A DNA stretch of 63,216 bases, counting the filler, from Asterionella formosa (lineage: Eukaryota): assembly GCA_002256025.1 (NCBI GenBank). It is 25 parts of 25 records of this genome, joined end to end, with 100 filler letters (N's around TTAATTAATTAA, not from the genome) between each part and the next. Parts side by side here need not be neighbours in the genome. Positions count along the whole stretch, not along the records: positions 50,504 to 52,005 come from NKIB01002176.1; positions 52,106 to 53,607 come from NKIB01002177.1; positions 53,708 to 55,209 come from NKIB01002178.1; positions 55,310 to 56,811 come from NKIB01002179.1; positions 56,912 to 58,413 come from NKIB01002180.1; positions 58,514 to 60,014 come from NKIB01002181.1; positions 60,115 to 61,615 come from NKIB01002182.1; positions 61,716 to 63,216 come from NKIB01002183.1; 17 more parts are not named here. One strand, 5' to 3'. The notes under the pieces were generated by a model. The model did not search any database and was not told the origin of the DNA. It was given only the letters and a program-made list of their open reading frames with translations. This document shows positions 50,504 to 62,997 of this stretch, piece by piece. The translations under genes were made by a program, and so were the position numbers. Every line of letters starts with the position of its first letter. The stretch's first letter is position 1.

Positions 50504-51662
50504 TAATTCGAACTTTCTGATTCTGTTTTGGGTTCTGTCATTTTTCTTCTTCTTGGTGGCGCCTTTTTGTATCAGCAAGAGAGGTCGTATGAAATGCATC
50601 AAGAGGATCCGAGAGCGACGCTGGAATGTGTATATGGAACCAGAACAAGAAGAATCGTGGTATCGAGGGGCGTTGGAGCGATATGAACGGTACGTTTTGT
50701 TTCTGAGTGCGAGAGTCATGATGAAAATCTCATGGAACACGTTGTGTGTGCAGACAAACGTCATCATCATACTGACCATCACATCGAACTTTTTTTTCCC
50801 ACGGATCGCCTTCATCAGAGCCAGAGCGGCTGCCCAAGAGGAACTGGAGTCCGGTGCTACTGCCAATAGTCATGCTGCCCTTGTTCTGTCGAGCACGGAA
50901 GCCAAACAAATTCGTCAGTTGTACTTGATGGACTGTCTGGGCAAGTACAGTGCCCCCGTCAAATCAGAGGATATCCATGTCAGGTCGGGAGAAGATGTGG
51001 AGTCCTCTGGGTATCGACATCACTCATTCATCGCCATCAACGATGATGATGATGATGATCATAACAACAAGGATGACTGCAGTACAAATAGTAGTGACAA
51101 TGACGAAGGGACATTATACATTGATTTTTCTCTTGTACAAACATCGGATACATATGTCCGTGTCAAGTGCGCTGGACAATCGATTGATGATCATGGCAAT
51201 GATGATGATCAACACAGCTCTAGAAGGGACGTGCCCAATGGATGTGCCATTTGCTTATCAGAGTTTGATGCTGGTCATCGCATTACATGGGCATCCAACC
51301 CAGAATGCCCACACTGCTATCACGAAGATTGCATTTTGAATTGGATGATGACTGTTGGCAACAAGAAGAGACCACAGAATCGTCAGTTGCTGGACCAACA
51401 GCAGGAAGATCCAGTGCATGCAGCCATTTCATTTCCAAAATTATGCCCTTGCTGTCGACGTCCTTTTATTGCTTCCACGACATCAGATACCTTGCAACAG
51501 AACACTACTTCAATGGAGCAAGGAGCATCAAGACGCAATGTAATGACCACAGATCAAGAGTCTGTTGCACCAACAACGAGCGCAGCTAGTTTGCCATCTC
51601 AAAGTAATGCTGCAAACTCTGTTGATGAAGATGGGTCATTCCATGATGCTGCCACACCCTGA
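50504..51662 (+). CDS. RING-H2 finger protein (putative membrane E3 ligase), 5'-partial, one intron (50690-50818)
   Basis: CAICLSEF...CPHCYHEDCILNW...CPCCR. Hydrophobic segment at the contig start. Confidence 0.9.
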
Positions 51663-52105
51663 TATGGGAAACCTGAGCTAGTAATGAACCAGTTCATCAA
51701 TCAAGGAATTTAATTGTCCTCACAGTCTCTCCTACAACTGTCCTTCTGTCATTGTGTAACAAGAGTATTTCAATGACATAAAATTTTAGCTTTCTATAGC
51801 AATTGTGTCTCATTAACAAAAAATCTGTCGACGATGGATGATGAACTTGACTCCCAAACTATGATCACCACATTCCACTATTTATGGGGTACAACTTGAA
51901 CAGAATCACCACATCCATTGAATTAGATATGTTGATATCCATTTGCTTGTGTCCACCATTATGAAATAAGGAAAATCTAATATCCAGAACCATCACCGTT
52001 TCTCANNNNNNNNNNNNNNNNNNNNNNNNNNNNNNNNNNNNNNNNNNNNTTAATTAATTAANNNNNNNNNNNNNNNNNNNNNNNNNNNNNNNNNNNNNNN
52101 NNNNN

Positions 52106-52955
52106 AGTTAAGGAAGTGGTAGAAATTATTGATCGAGCTCAGAAGTTATTTGAATGTTTCCGCGACTATCGTGACTCTTTGAAGAACAAGGAGACAGCCA
52201 CTGCTCTCAGAAAAGGCAGGCGACTTTCCAGTTGTAAGACTGAAGTGGTATATCTTCAGTTGTTGTGTGGACTGACGCTCCAGCCACTTGTCTCGTACAA
52301 AATCGAAACGGCAAAATATCGGATGCAAATCGAACAGTTTGCAGAGATAGGGGCCCAGTTGTGTGCTGTTGGAGTGAAAGTTGCCATGCTATGGATCGTG
52401 GCTGGGGGAATGGCAAAAGCATTTGGGTATCCTATTCCCACGCTTCCAGGTGAAGTTGTGAACAATGTCAAGAATTTTCTTGATGAAGTGAACAAATCGT
52501 CACCTGTTGAGGGTCTGATGGAATACAAGAAGTCTGGGTTTGACCTGAACAACCAGCTGAATGATTTTAAAAATTTTGTTGAAGCTCTGGAACGTAATGG
52601 TAAGATGTGCCATTGCTTGGAAGAGTTTGACAAGGAAGCGCTGAAATCCAGCTCTTGGCAGTTTGCGCTCAAAAAGCATGTGCTTATTCATTTGGCAAAT
52701 TATGAAAAGCAAGTCACATTTATCTCTGTCCACTTGAACAACAATTTTTGCGCTGAAGCAGGAGAACTTGAAGAAATTGATAATGGATTGCAAGCGTTTG
52801 AAGATTATAGTTTGCTGCATGCCCAGTCTGTGCCGGTCCAACTTAAAGATGTTCGATTCCAGTACATGTTTACCTTTCTCACCGCTGATAAGTTTCGAAC
52901 ATTCAAGAGCACATTGATGCCCAAGCCGTCAATGGATTCCCACGCTTCCAGGTGA
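52106..52955 (+). pseudogene. Fragment resembling the COR-like C-terminal domain of Roco/LRR proteins, rearranged
   Basis: YLQLLCGLTLQP..SYKIE and AKAFGYPIP motifs. Segment 52434-52719 is duplicated at 52936-53220. Confidence 0.4.
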
Positions 52956-53218
52956 AGTGGTGAACAATGTCAAGAATTTTCTTGATGAAGTGAACAAATT
53001 GTCACCTGTTGAGGGTCTGAAGGAATACAAGAAGTCTGGGTTCGACCTGAAGAACTAGCTGAATGATTTTAAAAATTTTGTTGAAGCTCTGGAACGTAAT
53101 GGTAAGATGTGCCATTGCTTGGAAGAGTTTGACAAGGAAGCGCTGAAACCCAGAACTTGGCATTTTGCGGTCAAAAAGCATGTGCTTATTGATTGGCAAA
53201 TTATGAAAAGCAAGTCAC

Positions 53219-53387
53219 ATGAAAATTCATTCTACTAGTGCTAATTCTAATGTGCAAGAGTCTGGTTGTGCAGCACTTCAGAAATTGGCTGGGGAAAATG
53301 AAGACAACAAGGTGACGAGTGCTGAAGAAGGAGGTATCAATACATTTCTTTCTGTGATGAAGTTTCATTTAGACAATGATAATTTGC
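53219..53387 (+). pseudogene. Isolated ARM-repeat fragment
   Basis: MKIHSTSANSNVQESGCAALQKLAGENEDNKVTSAEEGGINTFLSVMKFH, same family as 12833-14296. Confidence 0.8.
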
Positions 53388-53759
53388 AACCCTAACCCTA
53401 AGGGCTGGGTGCTCCATAAGGACAATGCCTACAGGCGTCTTCCCTTTTCCCTTACCCTCACAGACAAAAATGAAACTGTATTCACAAATATTTCAAGGGG
53501 AAATACAAATAATGACCAACACAAGCAATGCAACAAAGAATGGTCAGTCGAATGTTCATATAATCACTGGAAAGGAAAAACTTTTTCCAGATATCTCCTA
53601 ATGCATGNNNNNNNNNNNNNNNNNNNNNNNNNNNNNNNNNNNNNNNNNNNNTTAATTAATTAANNNNNNNNNNNNNNNNNNNNNNNNNNNNNNNNNNNNN
53701 NNNNNNNCATCAACTGAAAGCAGCAGCAGCACCATTTCTGTCACTGCAACCCTGCCCTA

Positions 53760-54780
53760 TGGTGGTCATCCAAAGAAAAAGTGAAAGAATGTATTTCCAA
53801 TTCGGCAGCAGAATATATGGTGAGAGAAGAGGAAAAAGAAAAAGGAGGAGAATCACGAGTGAAGCCAAATACACTTACCTGTGGAATACTGAGAGAAAAG
53901 GAGGCAATTGGTATTCTTCCTGCTGTCAATATTAATTTCGAAACAGTTAGAACATGTGCAAAAAGAAAAAAACATCAAGGAACAAACACAGAATGCCTCT
54001 CACCTATGCTTGAAGTGGAACTTTACATTGTGGAGCTCATTGATCAGTTGAGTAAAATGCGTTCGCCCATCACATGCCGAGAGGGACTGCAACTTGCAAA
54101 TTCACTTCTTGGGAAAAAAGTTTTGCGAGATTACGCACAAACAAAAAAGCGGTAGCAGAGCGAGGCTGGGGACCTTTGAACTATAATTGCTTGTTGAATC
54201 CTGAAATACAGCTGACGAAATTTGGTGTTGTCCCATTGAATTGAATCTCACACAGCAACAGAACCTCTATTACACCTGACCAGCTCAACCTGCAAGAAGG
54301 ACTTTCAGGAACTCTTACAAATCAAATTGTTGAATACATAAACAGAGAAGATGTGCGAAATGGTAATGATGCAGCAGAACATGCAAGGAAAAGAAAGGAA
54401 ACAGCACAAGCAGAAATCGACACATGCAAATGAATGACCACAGGACTGCACTTTGCTGTTGGAAACACTTGTCTAGGACCACCGCTTTTTGAGCATATGC
54501 TGGAAATCAAACACCGGCATGAAATCCAGGAACAAAACAAGAAGCAGAAATTTAATCAACGGTTTTTTGAATTGTCACAGAAGGTACAGGCCATCAGATA
54601 GACTGGAAAGGAAGCTGGAAGCTACAACGTAGCTGAACTGAAAACAGTGGTGACATGGTACAAGCGCAACGGCGATGCGCAGCTTCCAATAACCAGACAG
54701 AACTTGTTGGCAAGATATTTGGAGACTTGTTGCCGTGGAGAAAAGGATTCTCCATATCCAATTCGGCCTCTTGATGTTGT
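53760..54780 (+). mobile_element. Internally deleted pogo/Tc5-like (Tc1/mariner superfamily) transposase relic
   Basis: SPMLEVE..IVELI.QLSKMRSPITCREGLQLANSLL (CENP-B-like HTH) joined directly to C-terminal KKAVAERGWGPLNYNCLLNPEI and VVTWYKRNGDAQLP. No DDE core. Confidence 0.6.
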
Positions 54781-55309
54781 GCTGGTACCTGGTACCATTT
54801 ACAACCAGGACCTGGTGCGTCCTACATACGATGTGATGCTCCTTTGTTGTGCGTGAGCCCATTCTGATCATGAGCGAAGTTTTTGCTTACCTGGTACCTG
54901 GTGTCAAGAATATTAGCCCGAGTCACAAGGATTGTGGACTCGATTGTAATCGAACGAGTCGAATATTGCATTGCCACGTCAATCAGCTGTCTAACGAGAT
55001 CAGAGATTGAAGATTTCTATGGAAATGTTAAGTGGAAACTCGAAGAGAGTCTTAGAATGACTTTGCAGGAAGCAAAGATGCATGGAAAGGAAACATTTAG
55101 TTTAGCTTATAATTTAATTTGAGATTTAGATTATCAACCGAGGAAACAGTGTGTTAATTGACAGGAAGGTCAATTAGTCTATCTAGCAGGAAGGCTAGAA
55201 GCAGAGACANNNNNNNNNNNNNNNNNNNNNNNNNNNNNNNNNNNNNNNNNNNNTTAATTAATTAANNNNNNNNNNNNNNNNNNNNNNNNNNNNNNNNNNN
55301 NNNNNNNNN

Positions 55310-56811
55310 GGTAATTCTGTACCTATCTGCCATTTCGGCATAACTGAAGATGTTTGTGATTGCCTTTTCATTAAACCATACTTCTCCCCATTCTGGAAGA
55401 TCAGCCTTCATATTAGTTACCATGGATCCACCATTTGTGGCCAGGTGCATGCTTCCGTTGGTTGACATTCGAATGTTATTAACCATTTTTGGATTGCAAA
55501 AGACTGTGACACTTGATTGATTATCCAATAGTATCCAGTCACGCATCTCAGATGCTTGGTAAAATTGTAGTTTCATATGAGCTCCCATCCATCCAAATTG
55601 ATTGGCATTTGCTTGTTGTGAAGCTTGTGATGACGGCGGGTTGTTGGAATTAACAGAGGTAACTGTACTCGTGTCGGATGTATTAGCCTGTGCCTGTGCA
55701 TGGCTTTGGGCCTTGTTAATTGCCCATTCCTCTTTGGGTTTATTCTTGTCTCGACACGAAGGAGATTTGTGACCTGCTTTTCCGCAGCAGTAACATTTTC
55801 CTTCTAACTGTGCAAACGATAAGTTCACATCTTCGTCTTCCTTGCCTCCATCCTTTTGTTTCCTCTCTTTATCATTATCTCCTGGTTTCTTGTAGACAGA
55901 TTTATTTGTTACGTCAAACCGATGGTTGCTGAGAACATTATTTGATTCGGTGATGGTCTTCGGGTATTGATCGTTGCCGAGTGACTGTTGAGTGTTCAGC
56001 CCGGTCATAATTGATCCGTATTTGGCCTTGTCGGCATTATCGAGATATAAATATGCCATAAATTGACTGAAAGCTTGTTCACGAAATTTATCTCGTTGCT
56101 TGATGTCGGTCTCGTTGTATCCATCTATGGCTTCAACGAACTTGGTGAGGATAATGGGTCCTCCCATGTGTGACTTGAGCACATCACGTGCCACACGGAA
56201 TCTCTTGGTGTAGTCTTGTAGACTTTCTCCCTCTTTCTGCTTTGTAAATAAAAGCGTTTTCATCGCGTCTAAAATGATCGACATAGAATATCGATTCTCT
56301 TGAAAATTTAATGCGTGTTCTTTAATTGCCATAAGCAATGTTATTGGGTTATTTTTGATCCTATTGTAATCGGATCTTGCTTCAATCTTGTTCTTCATGG
56401 CTTTGTTGCATCTTTCCCAGAGCAACGCATATGCCTTGGTATTATTATTTTCGTAGGCCTGTACCCTTTTACTGTAGGTGTCATAGTCAGCCTTGAACTC
56501 AATCTCATATTGTCGATTCTCTGCAGCGCGATCTTCTTCTGTTGTTGCAATGCTCACTTGCATTCTTGGCTTCCATGCCAATGTGCTCATTGGTTCTAAT
56601 AACTCGAGCGCGGTTCCTATGTCGTTGCCATAGTCGAACACTTTCTTGATATGATTGATGAGATACTCAGTAGTAGTCTCATAGTCAGATGCCTGCTTCG
56701 ATGATCCGAGGTAGTAGTTATAGTCATTGACTGACTTCTTGATTGAGTGAGAAGCAATATTGCTTCCTCCCTTGGCTTGAAACTTGCCCTTGGCTTGAGC
56801 CTTCTTGGTAA
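55310..56811 (-). mobile_element. Ty1/copia (CoDi-like) gag and protease, uninterrupted frame
   Basis: QKEGESLQDYTKRF, DQYPKTI, zinc knuckle CYCCGKAGHKSPSC and protease WILLDNQS. Confidence 0.93.
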
Positions 56812-56911
56812 NNNNNNNNNNNNNNNNNNNNNNNNNNNNNNNNNNNNNNNNNNNNTTAATTAATTAANNNNNNNNNNNNNNNNNNNNNNNNNNNNNNNNN
56901 NNNNNNNNNNN

Positions 56912-57998
56912 TGGACCGAATTCCTTGCGTCCATTGGATTTTGTGATGTCACCGATCCATTCCTCGCCAACCTCTCCCCAGAACAACGCATTCGACTCAT
57001 CGGAGCGTTCGCGCATGCCGTCCGGCAGGCCGAGTTCAGTACACATCGAGACACTCCTCTGGCATCAGCGACAGTCCGTGACACCATCGCATCTCTATCG
57101 GCGACCTTTGTGGAGAACGACAGACCTGACCCCGCAACAAACATACACGGCAAAACTCACCGAATTCTACGCCTCCAGTTCTCCGCTTATCAACATACCG
57201 ATCCAGCCGTTAAACATCAACGAGCATTAACAATCGAATTTATTTTAAAATTATATTTTCAACACGCAACACCGGTCGACACTTGCATGGGCCCACTCAT
57301 TATCTTCGCATTTTTCTTCGCGATGCGCTCCTGTGAATACTTGACCATCCACGGTGAACGACGCACCAAACTGCTACGCATCCAAGACATTCGCTTCTTT
57401 CAGGAGCGCAAAGATATCACACAAAATCGCGCGACAAACCATCTTGCCGACATCATCTGCATCACATTTCGCGACCAGAAGAATGGGGAGAAGGACGAAA
57501 CAATCACATTGAGTCGTACCACAGACCCAATCATGTGTCCTGTCCGTCAAGGCGCTTGTATTGTCAATCGCATCCTCGCCATCCCTGGACAAACCGCAGA
57601 CTCCACAATAAACACCTACCAGTCCGGGAACCACACATACACACTAAAATCCGAGACCACCATCAAACGTGTTCGAAAACTGGCAACGGCACTCGGAGCG
57701 AAGTGATCAACTCGGACATGATCCACTTGACATAGGACTACACTCCATACGCAGCGCTGCAGCAATGGCGATGATTCTATCAGGAGTGCCAAACTACATG
57801 GTCATGCTAATTGGTCGCTGGAAATCGGACGCATTTCTAATTTACATCCGTAAGCAAGTGGCGGAATTTACGAAGTCAGTTAGCCAAAAGATGATCACGA
57901 CAACGACATTCTTCCATCCGCTGGCAAATACAATAGCATTCACATCTCGATCAACAATGGCAGGGCGAGACGCGCATGCCACGGCTCATCTAGCATAA
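56912..57998 (+). mobile_element. Tyrosine recombinase of a DIRS/Ngaro-like retroelement, one frameshift near 57700
   Basis: FFFAMRSCEY (R), QKNG (K), CPV, HSIRSAAA (HxxR) and IGRWKSDAFLIYIR (W, Y). Confidence 0.85.
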
Positions 57999-58616
57999 TT
58001 CGTCGTGACTAGAAAGTGGACCGGCAAAAGCGCAACTCGACTGCCGCTGAACCCGGAGATTGGATCCGCATTTTGAACCCGGATTCTGGGAAAGGGACAC
58101 GTTTACTTAGCACCGAATTCAAAAACCATTTATGCTACTTCTACTTAGTATTTCTGGCTCGCTATTCTAGTATTTGATGGGTCGATTTATTTATTGCAGC
58201 TAAGTACCCACAAAGCTAGTACTACACAGACTACATATGGAGAAAGACGAAACTGACGAGACGGTAATTGTGTCGAAGTTACTTCGATACCCACAGTTGT
58301 TATGCACAGTATGTACCGGTATGTGGTAACTGTATACACCATCACGCACCGGCAGTGGGGTACCGGTATGTAGTTTTCCAAGATTCATCGCCAACAGTGT
58401 AAAGGCAATCTTCNNNNNNNNNNNNNNNNNNNNNNNNNNNNNNNNNNNNNNNNNNNNTTAATTAATTAANNNNNNNNNNNNNNNNNNNNNNNNNNNNNNN
58501 NNNNNNNNNNNNNATCATAAATGCCGGCGCTACCGGGTACTCGTCCATCTATCTACTCCTTCCCGACTCGACTGAACCACATTAGCACCCTGACTACCGG
58601 CGATAACATAGACTGG

Positions 58617-59573
58617 ATGATGATCGCGGCCTTGGGAAGACAGAGAGTAACGCAACAGCTGGTAAGCACAGTCTATCAGCACTCGGCCCGAAAGATCCGA
58701 ATAGTTGGATCGGTGTGCAATCTCTCGACCGGTCCTTCAAACTCCTGGGATGCGCTGGAAGCCAAGGTTTCGAAATACGCTGTTGTAGACCACGGAAAAG
58801 CCTACGAGGAGGCCATGAATGGTAGGCACGGTGCGCAGCTGGCCTTGGCACAAATAGATGGGGTGGGCAAAGATGACATGCCCTTTGATCCATTTGAAGG
58901 TCTGGGCAAGGACCTCGTGGATGAGTATTTGAACAAAATCGACCCTGCCGACCTTGACGACGACAGGGAAGAATACGCCGAGGCCGAGATTGTGACCGAG
59001 ACCACATATCCAGAAAAAGAAACCGCGGAAGACGAAGAGCTAAACGACAAAGAAGAGGAAGAGGCTCTCGATTACATTGACGATCTGTCCGACGAACTTT
59101 CCATGTACAAAAATGATGGATCGCCAAGGTACTCCAAGTCGCAGCTCGCGACTTTCCGTGCTGGATATCCTGCTGGAGGCTTGTTTGCAGTCATAAACAT
59201 CATTGGATCTCAAAATAAAGTCACAGTCGACGACGTGTTCATTGTGCATCGACTAAAACCTCAGAAGATGTGGCCAATTGGAAGCATCCACACCATCAAG
59301 GATGTCCTGCTTGTCGGATCCTCACATAAAACTTTGGTCGGCATGCCAAATGTTGCAGGTGCAGAAGTTGATGTAATGGTAGAGGAGATCACCAGAGATG
59401 CCAAAGTAATTGTGTACAAGTCACGCAGACGAAAGAACTCGCAGACACGAAATGGGTTCCGACGAGATGTCACCATGCTTCGAGTGCTAGATATTCGCTT
59501 CCCCAAAGACGAACATGACCATATACATACAGAAAGGGTGAAGGTGAAGCCTTATATGAAGCGTCTAAGCTAG
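58617..59573 (+). CDS. MRPL21: Ribosomal protein L21 (bL21), mitochondrial type with a long N-terminal extension
   Basis: FAVINIIGSQNKVTVDD, VLLVGS..TLVGMP.V.GAEV and KVIVYKSRRRKNS....GFRRDVTMLRV. Basic presequence-like N-terminus. Confidence 0.92.
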   Translation: MMIAALGRQRVTQQLVSTVYQHSARKIRIVGSVCNLSTGPSNSWDALEAKVSKYAVVDHGKAYEEAMNGRHGAQLALAQIDGVGKDDMPFDPFEGLGKDLVDEYLNKIDPADLDDDREEYAEAEIVTETTYPEKETAEDEELNDKEEEEALDYIDDLSDELSMYKNDGSPRYSKSQLATFRAGYPAGGLFAVINIIGSQNKVTVDDVFIVHRLKPQKMWPIGSIHTIKDVLLVGSSHKTLVGMPNVAGAEVDVMVEEITRDAKVIVYKSRRRKNSQTRNGFRRDVTMLRVLDIRFPKDEHDHIHTERVKVKPYMKRLS

Positions 59574-60114
59574 AGCTACTCAATACTATCGCCCATCGTT
59601 GATACTGGCCCGAACAAGGTTATAGCAACTAGTGTCTGAGACATGTCGTCGCAAATGAGGGGACTTAAAACTAGCAGCCTGGTCAAGTGACTTAACCCTA
59701 AAGAGGGCTTGAATTGTCAGTAACACATTTAATTCCGGTGCAATTTTTTCGCATATAAGATTTAGCCTGTTCGTGCATCTCCTATGATTTGGCTGCCGGT
59801 AATTTTGCTAATCAAGAGTAGCAAGCCCATTACCGGATCGGTGATGCTCGTCTTGAAATTTCGTCCGAACAAAAAAGTCATTCATCAGGAGTCGTCTTTA
59901 TTAGAGTTCGCCCCTTCTATCACGAATCCATGTACCAGTATTTGTGGGTCTAGCTATGTAATTCGGGTGTCAATCTCGATTATAGATTTCCCTCCAGCCA
60001 TATTATTCTTTCCTNNNNNNNNNNNNNNNNNNNNNNNNNNNNNNNNNNNNNNNNNNNNTTAATTAATTAANNNNNNNNNNNNNNNNNNNNNNNNNNNNNN
60101 NNNNNNNNNNNNNN

Positions 60115-60379
60115 ATAGGTCAAACTCATCATCCTTGAGCATTTGCCTTCCAGTGGCATAGTAGGACTGAAGCGCGTCCAGAAAGATACGCTCCTTTTCG
60201 GCTACTGTGAGACGAATGAGTTCCCCACTTTCCGGATCGACAACGCAGTATTCCTCGTCAGGAATGCATTCTTCTTCCTGCAAGTTATTCTCAAAGAATC
60301 GTCCAGACTTGGCGTCGTAAGCGATTTCTCTCGTTCCGCTCGTAATGGTGATCTTTTCATCGCTTCCTTCTTGGGCCAT
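60115..60379 (-). pseudogene. PGRL1: PGRL1-like fragment, copy 2
   Basis: ...EKERIFLDALQSYYATGRQMLKDDEFDL, with the same flanking repeat as copy 1. Confidence 0.75.
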
Positions 60380-62997
60380 TAAAAGTGGACCAGCAACACG
60401 ACCAGCTGTTGTCGTTGTCTTCCTTAAAGTTCGATGATCTTAAATTCATTTACCGGTACTGTCCTGCTTTAGTAGCAGCAGTCATAGACATATGTATATG
60501 GTGTTCTATTTATACAATCCTAAAACTATGATGATTAACTATGGTGTTCTATTGCTTGCTTATTACTCCGACTACCGGTACCGCTTTTCAGTTTTACGAT
60601 CATACAATCCTAAAACTATGATGATTTACTGTCCCACTGTAATTGCAAGTCATGAACATATGGTGTTCTATTTGTTTTTAGTTTTACGATCATTTGATCC
60701 TAAAATTATGATGATTTACTGTCCCAATGTAATTACAAGAGTCATAAACATATGGTGTTTTTTTGGTGTTTTTTTACGATCATACGATCCTAAAAATATG
60801 ATGATTTACTGTCCCACTGCAGTAGCAACAGTCCTGAACATATGGTGTTCTGTTGCTAGTTTACTAGTCCGACTACCCCCAGTATATCACTTACTACCTG
60901 CTACTGGTACTCTGTATATATATATGATATATTGTTATTGTCATACCGGTATGATGTACCGGTACACATGAAGAGCTCCCGACCAAAAAAGGGGCTTAAA
61001 CAATTTGCTACCAAAACCCTGGCGGCTATTTAACGGTCTAAATAATTAGTTTCAACGGACGTAGAAAATATCGATGCAAACAAATTTCAGAAACAATTCC
61101 GGTACACGTAGTCGTGGAAAACAATGGACATGTAGTGCATTGAGTATTTTCGAATTATGTATATGCGAGTATGATCATCTCAACCATATCAGATGTTCCA
61201 TATCGAGAGCGCGTTTGAATTTTATAAATGTATAACACTTAATATATATATATATATATTTACAAATTTTATTTCTATATTCATGGCATATATATTTTTG
61301 AAATCGTTCTGTCATGTTAACAAACAATGCCTGCTGCTTCATGAAAAGATTCGTCGTAGTAAAGCACATTAAGAGAAAAGAAAATTTTCACAATACATAA
61401 CGAAAAACATTGTGACTTCGACACATTTCGCATTCGAAGGATGGAGAATGTTTAAGGTAATGAAGCCATCAATGTGGTAGCTACTTGGATGACAATCGTT
61501 GGGAGGCAGGCAGCACAACAACAAATTGTTAACTAAACGCAGCCACATTTCCTTTTTTCTCAGTTGATTAAACAGCTCGTTTCGCTTGTTGGGGAGCACC
61601 AACGTAAAACAAAACNNNNNNNNNNNNNNNNNNNNNNNNNNNNNNNNNNNNNNNNNNNNTTAATTAATTAANNNNNNNNNNNNNNNNNNNNNNNNNNNNN
61701 NNNNNNNNNNNNNNNAAACGTTTTGTCAGCTTTGTTCCAACAGAAGTGAATAGGTCCAACGAGCGACAAGAGCACTTACGCAATTTGGTTTTGTTTTACA
61801 TTGGTGCTCCCCAACAAGCGAAACGAGCTGTTTAATCAACTGAGAAAAAAGGAAATGTGGCTGCGTTTAGTTAACAATTTGTTGTTGTCCTGCCTCCCAA
61901 CGATTGTCATCCAAGTAGCTACCACATTGATGGCTTCATTACCTTAAACATTCTCCATCCTTCGAATGCGCAATGTGTCGAAGTCACAATGTTTTTCGTT
62001 ATGTATTGTGAAAATTTTCTTTTCTCTTAATGTGCTTCACTATGACGTATCTTTTCATGAAGCAGCAGGCATTGTTTGTTAACATGACAGAACGATTTGA
62101 AAAATATATAGGCCATGAATATAGAAATAAAATTTGTAAATATATATATATTAAGTGTTGTACATTTATAAAATTCAAACGCGCTCTCGACATGGAACCT
62201 CTGATATGGTTGAGATAATCATACTTGCATATACATAATTCGAAAATACTCAATGCACTATATGTCCATTGTTTTCCACGACTACATGTACCGGTATTAT
62301 TTCTGAAATTTGTTTGCATCGATATTTTCTACGTCCGTTGAAACTAATTATTTAGACCGCTAAATAGCCGCCAGGGTTTTGGTAGCAAATTGTTTAAGCC
62401 CCTTTTTTGGTCGGGAGCTCTTCATGTGTACCAGTACATCATATGACAATAACAATATATCATATATATATACAGAGTACCAGTAGCAGGTAGTAAGTGA
62501 TATACTGGGAGTAGTCGGAGTAGTAAACTAGCAACAGAACACCATATGTTCAGGACTGTTGCTACTGCAGTGGGACAGTAAATCATCATATTTTTAGGAT
62601 CGTATGATCGTAAAAAACACCATATGTTTATGACTGTTGTAATTACATTGGGACAGTAAATCATCATAGTTTTAGGATCGTATGATCGTAAAACTAAAAA
62701 CAAATAGAACACCATATGTTCATGACTGTTGCAATTACAGTGGGACAGTAAATCATCATAGTTTTAGGATTGTATGATCGTGAAACTGAAAAGCGGTACC
62801 GGTAGTCAGAGTAATAAGCAAGCAATAGAACACCATAGTAAATCATCATAGTTTTAGGATTGTATTAATAGAACACCATATACATATGTCTATGACTGCT
62901 GCTACTACAGCGGGACAGTACCGGTAAATGAATTTAAGATCATCGAACTTTAAGGAAGACAACGACAACAGCTGGTCGTGTTGCTGGTCCACTTTTA

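Noticed and set aside
56912..57998. Phage integrase or prophage
   Set aside because: No phage genes are present, and the motifs and context fit a eukaryotic tyrosine-recombinase retroelement.
55310..59573. A gag + recombinase + L21 gene cluster
   Set aside because: The three genes lie on three different contigs separated by spacers.
1506..61715. Regularly spaced TTAATTAATTAA repeats as a CRISPR-like or piggyBac array
   Set aside because: Synthetic six-frame stop linker flanked by Ns. ORFs containing X runs are artefacts at those ends.
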